The notes under the pieces were generated by a model. It searched no databases and was not told the DNA's origin. It saw only the letters and a program-made list of their open reading frames with translations. From Eubacteriales bacterium (GTDB taxonomy: Bacteria > Bacillota > Clostridia > Oscillospirales > CAG-272), in assembly GCA_045659245.1 (NCBI GenBank), contig JAZOWN010000066.1, forward strand, positions 2,213 through 66,212: a stretch of DNA of 64,000 nt, in the 5' to 3' direction. Below are positions 54,826-62,978 of this stretch, piece after piece. A program made the translations under genes and the position numbers. The stretch's first letter is position 1, and each line of letters opens with the position of its first letter.

Positions 54826-56712
54826 TTATCTTGCAGAAGCAAATCTTCCACCTTTAAGCGTTTTTGGCGCAAACATTGGTTCGAGTATTGTAGAGATCAA
54901 GGATTCTCTCGCTTTTGCATCAGTGGTTGCTTTGCTTACAACCGTTTCAAGAGCTGACTTATGAGGATCCCCCGTCACCTGTGTACTGTTTATCCAATCA
55001 ATGAGTCCTCTCATTCCTACCACTCCGTCGTCGATGTGCTTACTGTCACAGTATTCCTTGATTTGATTTACCACCGTGACCATATTCTCAACCATCTCCT
55101 CGTCATCACATTCAGTTACCTTCATAGCTCGTTTTTTGAGTGTTTCGGCTGACGGTAGCTCCATATCCTTTACTATACTCATTCTGTCGATAAAGGACTG
55201 GTTCATAGCTCTACAGCCCTCATAGTCGAGGTTGGTAGTAACGATAACTACGGTATCGGGGTGACGCTTTATAGTCTCTCCCGTAGGAAGTAATATAGAA
55301 CCGTCCTGCTCCATAAGCGAGTTAAGTCCTACCATAACACCGGGACGGGTTATCATTGACGGCTCACGGATCTCAATGACGTATCCGTTTTTTATAGCCT
55401 GCATAAAACCTGTTTCCACATATTTGAAAGACTGCCCATTTGACCTTTGAGCTACTTCGTGCTTCATAAGCTCGGTTATCTTATCCGACACCTTATTAAG
55501 CACTACCTCCATACAGTCCTGCGGTGAAGCTTTTGCCCTTGACATTCCCGTAAGCATCTCGTATACGCTCTCTGAATCGTATTCGATATCGTCAAGCTCG
55601 GGAAGATTTAAAAGCCGCTTTACGTTCTCATAGGTGATACCGCCCATTGCCTTTACTGACTCAAGCTCTTTATCAAGTGCGGTCATCGCTCTTGAATCAG
55701 ATGAGCCTGTTTCCGGAAACACCTGACCGATAAAATCGAATATTTCCGTACCGTCAGAGCAGGTGTACTCAAAATAAGGAAGTCCAAGTCCTGCCGCAAC
55801 TGCTTTTGCGCCCTCGGTCTTTCCCGTTCCCGCAGGACCTCGAAACATAAAGTTTCTCATCTGCGACGGTTTTCCCGTGGTCTTTGCGGCGTGCTTGCAT
55901 ACGTCCACCACGTCTTCGGGTATTACGTACCAATATGGGAGCTTGGGTATGTGCATCTGCTCCGTAGGCGTAAAGGTTCGCTCGTTAAACCGATATTTAT
56001 TTACGAAATCGGCGTGTTCTACCAATATCTCTTCCTCTGCCGCGCTATCATCCCCGACAAATATTTTGAACTTCCCCACCAACGTATCCGACGGAACGAA
56101 GCTACCTGCCTCTATCTGCACTCTTGAGAGTCGAATAAGGTTACCCGCCTCATCAAGAGTTAGCTTCAAGTGTGCGGAGCAAGTCTCATTCTTTATACGC
56201 CTGTATGCGTTATCGCAAAGTATAGCCATAGCCTCTGTCGCCTTGTCCATATCAGCAAATCCTGCAATATACTGGTCGTAATATTTGGAGTAATTCTGTG
56301 AGAACTCTAAGTCCTTCATAAAGAACGGAAACATTGCCATTATAACGGCAACTCCGTCCTGCCCCTTACTGTTCAACGTATAGTTACTGGGATTTTCCGT
56401 TTCCGCATCATAAACTGACGCAAGAATATTCCCCGTCGTACTGTCATACACGGCAATATGATACCCATTGGGATCCGTATCGACCTTATATTCTGCGATA
56501 CCCTTACCGTCAAGAGTTCCAACAGCACCGAGCGCTCCTCTGTTTACTATGTTGCAAATGGAGTTTATGGCGGTTATAACGCTCATACACAAGGTTGAGC
56601 GTGTACCGTCTCCATATACTGATGTTGTTGAAACTATCTTTTTTGTAAGACCGTCAAACGGTGCAGGTAGATCCTTTGAAAAACTAAACAAATTTGAAAT
56701 GACCGCTGCCAT
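54826..56712 (-). CDS. MoxR/CbbQ-like AAA+ ATPase (AAA_5) with a ~280-aa unknown N-terminal domain
   Basis: 628 aa with Walker A FRGPAGTGKTEGA and a conserved pairing with the downstream vWA gene. Confidence 0.7.
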   Translation of the reverse strand: MAAVISNLFSFSKDLPAPFDGLTKKIVSTTSVYGDGTRSTLCMSVITAINSICNIVNRGALGAVGTLDGKGIAEYKVDTDPNGYHIAVYDSTTGNILASVYDAETENPSNYTLNSKGQDGVAVIMAMFPFFMKDLEFSQNYSKYYDQYIAGFADMDKATEAMAILCDNAYRRIKNETCSAHLKLTLDEAGNLIRLSRVQIEAGSFVPSDTLVGKFKIFVGDDSAAEEEILVEHADFVNKYRFNERTFTPTEQMHIPKLPYWYVIPEDVVDVCKHAAKTTGKPSQMRNFMFRGPAGTGKTEGAKAVAAGLGLPYFEYTCSDGTEIFDFIGQVFPETGSSDSRAMTALDKELESVKAMGGITYENVKRLLNLPELDDIEYDSESVYEMLTGMSRAKASPQDCMEVVLNKVSDKITELMKHEVAQRSNGQSFKYVETGFMQAIKNGYVIEIREPSMITRPGVMVGLNSLMEQDGSILLPTGETIKRHPDTVVIVTTNLDYEGCRAMNQSFIDRMSIVKDMELPSAETLKKRAMKVTECDDEEMVENMVTVVNQIKEYCDSKHIDDGVVGMRGLIDWINSTQVTGDPHKSALETVVSKATTDAKARESLISTILEPMFAPKTLKGGRFASAR

Positions 56713-56714
56713 TT

Positions 56715-57461
56715 TTATTCCCTTTCTGCATTCTTTTGCAATAATTTTATGACTATTCCGTCCTCTGTTGATTCTGCATTTTCTATACCGACCTTGTTAA
56801 GCTCGTCACACACCTCTTTCCAACTCTCGCGAACAGGCAACTCATCTGCGTTCAAACGAACCTCGATTTCATAACGTCCTATCGCTTCGTTTATTAGGTT
56901 GTTTAAAGCAACAACGTTTTCCTCAACCCACTCAAACGCAATGAGACCGTAGTTTTCTTGCTTGGGCGTATCTGGTATTTCGGTATCCGCCGGATCTCCT
57001 TGTTTTTTATCCTGCGCACTCTCAAATGCTATATTCGTAACGGTAACATCCTGATAAGCCACCTCGGCTCTGCGGTATCCCCCTGCTCTATTGAGTCGTA
57101 TATATACCGGGTCACCATCAGCTATGAGTTTTTTTGCACGTGGACTTTCCCAAACCCATTTTGCGTTAGGGTATTCTTTGGACACCATAGCGCTTATCTG
57201 CTGTTGTATAAGTGAAAATTTAATATTCAAAACGTCGTCTTTCGTTCGAGGTGAAGGCAATCCGAGAATGTCAATATCCACTGCCTTTTTATTTGTTTCT
57301 CTGATTTTTATTACAAACAAAATTATGCTTGTTACAAACACACCTAAAATTGCGGGGATAATAACAATCCAAAATCTGAAGATAAACGATACAACAGCAA
57401 TAGTACCAAGGATAATTCTTGCATCTCTGAGCATCTGTTTCTTTGCTATGTTTTCATTCAT
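56715..57461 (-). CDS. membrane protein, unknown function
   Basis: 248 aa from the ATG after AAAGGAGAG, with two N-terminal TM helices. Confidence 0.4.
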   Translation of the reverse strand: MNENIAKKQMLRDARIILGTIAVVSFIFRFWIVIIPAILGVFVTSIILFVIKIRETNKKAVDIDILGLPSPRTKDDVLNIKFSLIQQQISAMVSKEYPNAKWVWESPRAKKLIADGDPVYIRLNRAGGYRRAEVAYQDVTVTNIAFESAQDKKQGDPADTEIPDTPKQENYGLIAFEWVEENVVALNNLINEAIGRYEIEVRLNADELPVRESWKEVCDELNKVGIENAESTEDGIVIKLLQKNAERE

Positions 57462-57462
57462 A

Positions 57463-57840
57463 TCACACTCTCCTTTGGGCATACGTACGAGGGATATATA
57501 TGTGTATCCTATTAAGACCGTTAATATCCGCCACGTTGTTTACTATAACTGCTGCCGCACGGGTTTCGTCATATAACTCACCCGGACGCTCCGCCGTTCT
57601 CGAAAGTGCCTGACCGAATACGGTTTTTCCTCTGTACCCTTGAGTAAGAGTTAAAATGCTTCTGAAATCCTTCGTATTTTCATATACTTGGATCTCGTAC
57701 TGCCTATTAAGTCTGACACCCGATAGAATGGATTCGGTCTCATACGAATTCAGTCTGTTCCCCGTCTTGTTTCTTATAACGCTTTTTAATTTTGTCTGTC
57801 TTTCGTTATCCGATAAGACAGAAAATATTTCATTTTCCAT
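57463..57840 (-). CDS. hypothetical protein
   Basis: 125 aa from the ATG after AAGGAGG (MENEIFSVLSD...). Confidence 0.4.
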   Translation of the reverse strand: MENEIFSVLSDNERQTKLKSVIRNKTGNRLNSYETESILSGVRLNRQYEIQVYENTKDFRSILTLTQGYRGKTVFGQALSRTAERPGELYDETRAAAVIVNNVADINGLNRIHIYIPRTYAQRRV

Positions 57841-57926
57841 TATTATTCCTCCTTGAAAGAAACATAGGACGCACACCACCCAAATTCAGATGATGTGCGC
57901 CCCTTGCGCTATTTACCTTTTGACCG

Positions 57927-58397
57927 TTACGTATCGAAGAATGCTCCGTTGCCAAACGCCTCAAAGCCCTGCCAATTTTCAGATTGCTTTTGTGTCTGCT
58001 TTGCTTCGGACGTTTCTTCTACGTTAGAGCCATTGTCAGAATTTTTGGCTTTTGATGCTCCTCCGCCAGCATAGCTGGCGGACGCAAGATACATAACGTA
58101 GCCCTCCTTTTCCTCTTTTGTGGTCTGATCCTGCCACGCCTCGATTTTCACCTCGCCCTTGAGATTTACCCAAGAGCCCTCCTTAAGCTGCATTCGTTTT
58201 ATCTGCTCGATAAGATCGGGGCGGTCTGTCTTGACCTGAAGGTTTACCCACTTGGTTTTATCGTCGGCTCTGGGATGATACATCTTTTTACCTACGCTAA
58301 ACCGAGCAAGGCTTCCCTTCTCTCCATCATTGAAACGAATTGTGGGGTTGCTGCCGTATCCCTTTGAGATGACGGCGTTTTCCAAAATAAGAAACAT
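57927..58397 (-). CDS. single-stranded DNA-binding-like (OB-fold) protein
   Basis: 156 aa with a beta-rich N-terminal ~110 aa, then a Gly/Ser/Gln-rich tail ending in aromatic/acidic residues (GAFFDT), as in SSB tails. First gene after module B. Confidence 0.45.
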   Translation of the reverse strand: MFLILENAVISKGYGSNPTIRFNDGEKGSLARFSVGKKMYHPRADDKTKWVNLQVKTDRPDLIEQIKRMQLKEGSWVNLKGEVKIEAWQDQTTKEEKEGYVMYLASASYAGGGASKAKNSDNGSNVEETSEAKQTQKQSENWQGFEAFGNGAFFDT

Positions 58398-58469
58398 AAT
58401 TTTTCCTTTCCGCAGTTTTTACTGCAATAAATATATTTTATTTCTCCCGAAATGTTCGGGCTGAAATCT

Positions 58470-58515
58470 AAGAAAACAAAAAGTGCCAATCAGCACATAT
58501 GTGCTAACTGACACT
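58470..58515 (-). terminator. conserved leader hairpin + U-run of module B
   Basis: Minus-sense AGUGUCAGUUAGCACAU/AUGUGCUGAUUGGCACU forms 17 bp (three G-U pairs valid only in the minus sense), followed by UUUUUGUUUUC. Confidence 0.6.
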
Positions 58516-58558
58516 GTGAATTAACTCGGATAAACTTTTATTGCTCAATGGCAAATAA

Positions 58559-58646
58559 GATACTTTACGCTCTTATTATACCAAATCTGAATGTATCCGT
58601 CAATAGCTTTCGCCAATGTCGGCGGAATATTGGCGGAATGTTGGCG
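58559..58646 (-). repeat. promoter/iteron module B (copy 2 of 2)
   Basis: Minus strand: CGCCAACATTC / CGCCAATATTC / CGCCGACATTG (58646-58614), TTGACG (58603-58598), 17 nt, TGG-TATAAT (58580-58575), 5 nt, CGTAAAGTATC (58569-58559). Same spacing as module A. Confidence 0.8.
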
Positions 58647-58653
58647 AAAGCTA

Positions 58654-59091
58654 TTATGTTATATCTAAAGCATAATAATCACATACCGTTTTCCCGCCAT
58701 TATGCTCATACACCTTTGCATTATGCGGAATATATATTGTGACCGTATCTCCAACATTTACCTTATTTCTTCTGATCCGAATAAATATCTTAATTCGAAT
58801 GTCCTCTGCTTTTATGCAAACGTAGCTTACCTTTTTGCGCATCACCGTATATCCTATATCCACACATACACCGCTTAGCACTACGTATCTTCCCGAGAGA
58901 CAATTTCGCAGCATGAATATTCCGCTCACAAGTGATATTACAGCAATTCCCATAAACGGTATTATCAGCGCAACGTCTTCAAGGAAGATAAGTATCAGCA
59001 CAACGCCAATAATAGCAGCTATACCAATAAACATCCTCTCAATTATTATTCTCCTTAATGCTATTGGTATGTCTTTAAATTTTTCTCTCAT
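58654..59091 (-). CDS. membrane protein, unknown function
   Basis: 145 aa from the ATG after GGAGG, two TM helices plus a beta-rich C-terminus. ATGA-coupled to the upstream 68-aa gene. Confidence 0.4.
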   Translation of the reverse strand: MREKFKDIPIALRRIIIERMFIGIAAIIGVVLILIFLEDVALIIPFMGIAVISLVSGIFMLRNCLSGRYVVLSGVCVDIGYTVMRKKVSYVCIKAEDIRIKIFIRIRRNKVNVGDTVTIYIPHNAKVYEHNGGKTVCDYYALDIT

Positions 59092-59294
59092 ATTCCCTCG
59101 CCTCCGAGCAAAACAAGCACTGCTACGCATGCGGATAAAACAAGAACGACAAAAAATCCAAGTATTATAATTCTCAGAGTAAGTGCATTATCCTTTACAC
59201 CGATATTCACTTCATCTGCATCATCGGGCAGTATATCGTCGTAATAACTTCCGAGATCAAATTTTCTTTTTTCTTCTATGGGCGTTTTTTTCAT
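59088..59294 (-). CDS. small single-pass membrane protein
   Basis: 68 aa from the ATG after AGGAGAGG (MKKTPIEEKRKFDLGSYYDD...), with a C-terminal TM helix. Confidence 0.4.
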   Translation of the reverse strand: MKKTPIEEKRKFDLGSYYDDILPDDADEVNIGVKDNALTLRIIILGFFVVLVLSACVAVLVLLGGEGI

Positions 59295-59303
59295 ATCCTC
59301 TCC

Positions 59304-59360
59304 TAAAAAAATAAAGTACCGTAAAAAGCAAAGCAAAAACTCACTTTACCTTTTACGGTA
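59304..59360 (-). terminator. terminator of the DUF4160-DUF2442-XRE-58aa unit
   Basis: 10-bp perfect stem TACCGTAAAA / TTTTACGGTA (59317-59360), followed on the minus strand by CTTTATTTTTTT. Confidence 0.55.
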
Positions 59361-59362
59361 TA

Positions 59363-59391
59363 ATTTTATCATATTTTCTTTTGGTTGTCAC
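59363..59391 (-). promoter_or_regulatory. promoter candidate overlapping the terminator
   Basis: Minus strand GTGACA (59391-59386), 17-nt spacer, TAAAAT (59368-59363). The predicted TSS falls inside the terminator 5' arm. Confidence 0.35.
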
Positions 59392-59428
59392 TCGCGCGGG
59401 TGCGCCGACTTTACGCCTGATTTATGAC

Positions 59429-59605
59429 CTATGATTCCGATATATTCATCTTTTCTTTAAGGTCGCCAAGACTTTTGTCATATTGCTCTCTGGATATTGC
59501 ATTACGCTCAAGAAATAAATCAAGTGTTTTCTTTTGATTTAAAAACAATTGTTTTTTCTTTTCTATTGACGTCAGCTTTTCCCAATCAGCTTGTATCTGT
59601 TCCAT
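59429..59605 (-). CDS. small conserved helical protein (58 aa, below the ORF-track cutoff)
   Basis: My own translation: MEQIQADWEKLTSIEKKKQLFLNQKKTLDLFLERNAISREQYDKSLGDLKEKMNISES. The start lies 2 nt after the XRE gene stop. Confidence 0.45.
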   Translation of the reverse strand: MEQIQADWEKLTSIEKKKQLFLNQKKTLDLFLERNAISREQYDKSLGDLKEKMNISES

Positions 59606-59607
59606 AA

Positions 59608-59814
59608 TTACACCGCCTTGATCTCTATGTCACATCCAAGGGCATAGATTACTTTCATCAAGGTATCCAACTGGGGCATTGCTTTCTTACTTTCTATGCG
59701 CGCGATCACTGATTGCGTAAGATGAGAAGCATCAGCGAGTTCCTTTTGCGTAAGACCTAATTCTTTACGTTTTTCAATTAAAGTATCAATGATTCTCGAA
59801 CACTGTTCAGGCAC
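59608..59814 (-). CDS. XRE-family HTH protein
   Basis: 68 aa: LGLTQKELADASHLTQSVIARIE. Confidence 0.75.
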   Translation of the reverse strand: MPEQCSRIIDTLIEKRKELGLTQKELADASHLTQSVIARIESKKAMPQLDTLMKVIYALGCDIEIKAV

Positions 59815-60106
59815 CTATAGTACCTCCAACCGGAATGCTTTGCTCGTAAAGAGTTTCGGGGGCTATATCAATATCACCGTCATTCCAAACAGGAACACCG
59901 TAATCGATATACACACCTCTGAAAACATCCATATCCGAAAGAGGTGCAAAAGCAGGCATTGACAAAAGAGGTGTAAAATCAAACAATCTTGCTTCACCGG
60001 TATTAAAGCGAAGCCATAATTTGTGATTTTCAAGAGGACGAACACCATTCACTTTAAGCATTGGCGCTACCTCTCCAGCGTAAGCGATACCATCTTTAAT
60101 ATACAT
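59807..60106 (-). CDS. DUF2442 domain protein
   Basis: 99 aa: VRPLENHKLWLRFNTGEARLFDFTPLL...DIAPETLY pattern. Confidence 0.65.
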   Translation of the reverse strand: MYIKDGIAYAGEVAPMLKVNGVRPLENHKLWLRFNTGEARLFDFTPLLSMPAFAPLSDMDVFRGVYIDYGVPVWNDGDIDIAPETLYEQSIPVGGTIGA

Positions 60107-60130
60107 ACTGTTATACTCCTTTCGAAATCA

Positions 60131-60397
60131 TTACTGTAGCGGCTCTATCTTTCCGAATGCAACACCTTGGATTGCTTTATTCCACGCTGCATACAGTTCA
60201 TCCTCATGAATAAGAGCCCATGCTTGAACAAGTCTCAACTGCTTAAGAGGAAGACTTCCCACGATCAACTCCCCGTCGATTCCAACCGAGGCTTCATATT
60301 CTGCAAAATAAACATGGAAATGCGGTTTATAGTGCTGACTATTATCATTATAAATCATCTTGATAACGATATTATAAAATCTACATAATTCGGGCAT
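60131..60397 (-). CDS. DUF4160 domain protein
   Basis: 88 aa: FYNIVIKMIYNDNSQHYKPHFHVYF signature. Confidence 0.65.
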   Translation of the reverse strand: MPELCRFYNIVIKMIYNDNSQHYKPHFHVYFAEYEASVGIDGELIVGSLPLKQLRLVQAWALIHEDELYAAWNKAIQGVAFGKIEPLQ

Positions 60398-60430
60398 CTT
60401 TGCTGTCCTCCATTATTATTTCTTTTTTAT

Positions 60431-60475
60431 ATTATATCATACTTTTTAATATCGGTCAATAGCGAATTCGCTATT
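60431..60475 (-). promoter_or_regulatory. promoter with overlapping 18-bp perfect palindrome operator
   Basis: Minus strand TTGACC (60459-60454), 17-nt spacer, TATAAT (60436-60431). The palindrome AATAGCGAATTCGCTATT (60458-60475) abuts and overlaps the -35. Confidence 0.6.
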
Positions 60476-60509
60476 TATTTCAAATAGCTCTATATCAAAC
60501 GATTATTCC

Positions 60510-60539
60510 CCTCTGCGATTTAAATATAAATCGCAGAGG
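60510..60539. other. isolated perfect 13-bp stem / 4-nt loop hairpin
   Basis: CCTCTGCGATTTA-AATA-TAAATCGCAGAGG. No U-run on either strand. Confidence 0.5.
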
Positions 60540-60693
60540 ACCTGTTATGAAAAAAATGATGCTATATATGTTATTAAATTTTAAAAATAAGCCTCTCACA
60601 AATAAACATTTTTTAAAAATGTTATTTTTTTCAAATTTTTTCTAATCTCGATTGTTATATATTAATGAATACTGTAGAAAGGAGGAAAATAAA

Positions 60694-61101
60694 ATGAAAA
60701 AAGCTATTATTGCAATGCTTGCTGTCATATTGTTGGTTTCTTGTGTAGTACTCCCGGTCAGTGCCGCTGAAACTGAAACAGTTATACAGCCCAGATGGTC
60801 AAATATTGCCAGCATAGATGTTACGCTTACGGTTATTGATGGTGTAGGTCACGCAGATTGTGTAAGTTCCGCACAATTCGGCTCAACATCAATCCAAACT
60901 GATATTTACGTATATGAATATGTTGGAGATGAATGGGTATACATAACAGAAATGCACGACATAAAGTATAAGATTGTCTCTGGTGTGTGCTGTACATTCC
61001 CTGCACGAAGCAACGGCTATTATTGTGCAGTGTATACATTCACGATGGTTAAATCAGGTGTTCCCGAAACCGTAGAAAGAATTGCATACTATAACGTATA
61101 A
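60694..61101 (+). CDS. secreted protein of unknown function
   Basis: 135 aa from the ATG after AAAGGAGG. Signal peptide MKKAIIAMLAVILLVSCVVLPVSA followed by a beta-rich mature part. Confidence 0.5.
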   Translation: MKKAIIAMLAVILLVSCVVLPVSAAETETVIQPRWSNIASIDVTLTVIDGVGHADCVSSAQFGSTSIQTDIYVYEYVGDEWVYITEMHDIKYKIVSGVCCTFPARSNGYYCAVYTFTMVKSGVPETVERIAYYNV

Positions 61102-61133
61102 AAAAAGTGGTGGCTTGATAATCAAGCCACCAC
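61100..61133 (-). terminator. terminator between convergent genes
   Basis: GTGGTGGCTTGAT (61107-61119) pairs with ATCAAGCCACCAC (61121-61133), followed on the minus strand by T7. Confidence 0.7.
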
Positions 61134-61139
61134 ATACCT

Positions 61140-61937
61140 CTACTGTAATATTAGACCTTCAGCTACTTTTATTATTTCATTAATACTAGAAAACTCGCCC
61201 ATTATTCTATACTCATATTGATTGTCTTGCCATACTATAGTGTAGACGCTCGTATTACTTAAATCCTTTGTAATTATTGCATCATAATTATTTATACTGG
61301 TTTTATAAATTTCTTGAGATTCTGAATTAGTCCAATGTAATTCTGAAGTTATAACATTTTGAGAAAGATAAAAAATGCAATTCTCTTCATAAAGAAAACT
61401 AACCACATAATATGTTTCATCTTCAAAATCAACTACCATATCATATTCTCCTGGTAAATATGATAAAGTTGCCTTCTTCGTTATAGTTGTAGGATAAACA
61501 ATACTTTCTGCTGTAGCCTCGTTATTTTCAGAATTTTTTGTTTCTGTCATATTTGCTTCTGTTGTATCCATACTGGGTTCTATAAACTCGTATTTAGGTT
61601 GACTACCGTCATTATCACCAAATCCAATTGCAATATAATCTTCATACCACTCCACCAAAAATGCTTTTATTGCATTCCTTATCTTGGGGATAGACACACA
61701 TGCGGTAAGAGCTATAACAACAGATATAATACAAGCTACAGCAATCCATTTTGTAGCAATTGTTTTTCTTTTGCCGCCTGAAATATATCCTTTTGCAATT
61801 CTATTCATTCTTTTTTGCTGTGAAGGAGTGATCTCAAATCCTGTACCGTCAACATTCAAAAACTCGTCTGCCATTTGATCGCAACTTTTTTCAGCAGCAG
61901 CATACATAAGCAGTTCAAAATTATTGTATGTACTCAC
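61140..61937 (-). CDS. single-pass membrane protein, putative anti-sigma factor (DUF4367-like)
   Basis: 265 aa, overlaps the sigma gene stop. Cytoplasmic N-terminus, TM helix WIAVACIISVVIALTAC and an extracytoplasmic C-terminus. Confidence 0.45.
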   Translation of the reverse strand: MSTYNNFELLMYAAAEKSCDQMADEFLNVDGTGFEITPSQQKRMNRIAKGYISGGKRKTIATKWIAVACIISVVIALTACVSIPKIRNAIKAFLVEWYEDYIAIGFGDNDGSQPKYEFIEPSMDTTEANMTETKNSENNEATAESIVYPTTITKKATLSYLPGEYDMVVDFEDETYYVVSFLYEENCIFYLSQNVITSELHWTNSESQEIYKTSINNYDAIITKDLSNTSVYTIVWQDNQYEYRIMGEFSSINEIIKVAEGLILQ

Positions 61938-62503
61938 TTTACATTCCTCCCTGCCTTCAGCTTCTCTTTTAGGATCTTCTTCGCTCTGAAAATACGACCG
62001 TTAACCGTATTTGTAACAACCCCAAGCATTCTTGCAATGTCAATATTTTTCATATGCATGTTGTATTTTAAAAGAATTGGAATTTTATACATATCATCCA
62101 ATTCATTAATCGCTTTGGCTAGAGCATCTTTATTTTCTTCGGTTACTGAAATATCAAATAACGAACTTTCTTCTGTCGTATTTTCATCACAGATACACTC
62201 TATATCCTCACCGGAGGAAAACATTTCACTTTTACGCTGATTTCTTCTATAAATGTTAATTGCCTTACTTCGTACACATACAAAAATCAAACTAATTGTT
62301 TTCTTGCTTTTATAATCAACAAAATTTTCCGCATGCTCACAGATATATTTCATTACTTCCATAGCTGCATCTTCGGCATCTTGCTTATTATTTAAGATAC
62401 TGTAAGCGACACTCTCCATTTTAGGAAAGTATCTTTGAAATATTTCGTTTACCGCATATCGCTCATCATCCGTTTCGATAATTTGCATTAATTCCAGTAT
62501 CAT
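61934..62503 (-). CDS. ECF-type sigma-70 family RNA polymerase sigma factor
   Basis: 189 aa with region 2 (SILNNKQDAEDAAMEVM) and a region 4 HTH (MKNIDIARMLGVVTNTVNGRIFRAKKIL). Confidence 0.7.
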   Translation of the reverse strand: MILELMQIIETDDERYAVNEIFQRYFPKMESVAYSILNNKQDAEDAAMEVMKYICEHAENFVDYKSKKTISLIFVCVRSKAINIYRRNQRKSEMFSSGEDIECICDENTTEESSLFDISVTEENKDALAKAINELDDMYKIPILLKYNMHMKNIDIARMLGVVTNTVNGRIFRAKKILKEKLKAGRNVK

Positions 62504-62514
62504 ACGAACACCTA

Positions 62515-62877
62515 TCAGTCAGGAAGATTTACTTCGAGCTCTATATGCGCTTCAATTCGTCTCAACTGCTCATCTGATGCTTTCTCTAATTTTCGAGATA
62601 TGCTATTATATATAACATTGGGATCGTGAGCTGTAACATAATCATATAACAACTCATCTGCTGAAATATTTAACGCATTTATAATTTCAATCAATGTTTT
62701 AAAACTTGGATATTTGTATCCCGCTTCTATTTGACTTATAAAATTTCTTTCGACACCGACACAGTTTGCTAATTTTTGCACAGATATTCCCTTTTCTTTT
62801 CTTATAGCTTTAATCCGTATTCCCAGTGCCTTCGGAGTGATATTATTTGCGCGAAGCTCTTTATTTCTTTTTGGCAT
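62515..62877 (-). CDS. XRE-family HTH regulator
   Basis: 120 aa: IKAIRKEKGISVQKLANCVGVERNFISQIEAG. Confidence 0.75.
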   Translation of the reverse strand: MPKRNKELRANNITPKALGIRIKAIRKEKGISVQKLANCVGVERNFISQIEAGYKYPSFKTLIEIINALNISADELLYDYVTAHDPNVIYNSISRKLEKASDEQLRRIEAHIELEVNLPD

Positions 62878-62951
62878 ACTATTCTCCTGTAGTTTTTTTA
62901 TATACTAATAGTATAATACCGCTTTTCAAAATACGCTACAAACTGCAAGAT

Positions 62952-62978
62952 AATATTGTTACTGTCAGTAACAATATT
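62952..62978. promoter_or_regulatory. 27-bp perfect palindrome (operator candidate) upstream of the XRE gene
   Basis: AATATTGTTACTG-T-CAGTAACAATATT: 13-bp arms around one central base. Confidence 0.6.

Noticed and set aside
60541-60630. Short ORF MKKMMLYMLLNFKNKPLTNKHFLKMLFFSNFF after the 60510-60539 hairpin
   Set aside because: No convincing RBS, extremely AT-rich sequence and a low-complexity product. Kept only as a note.
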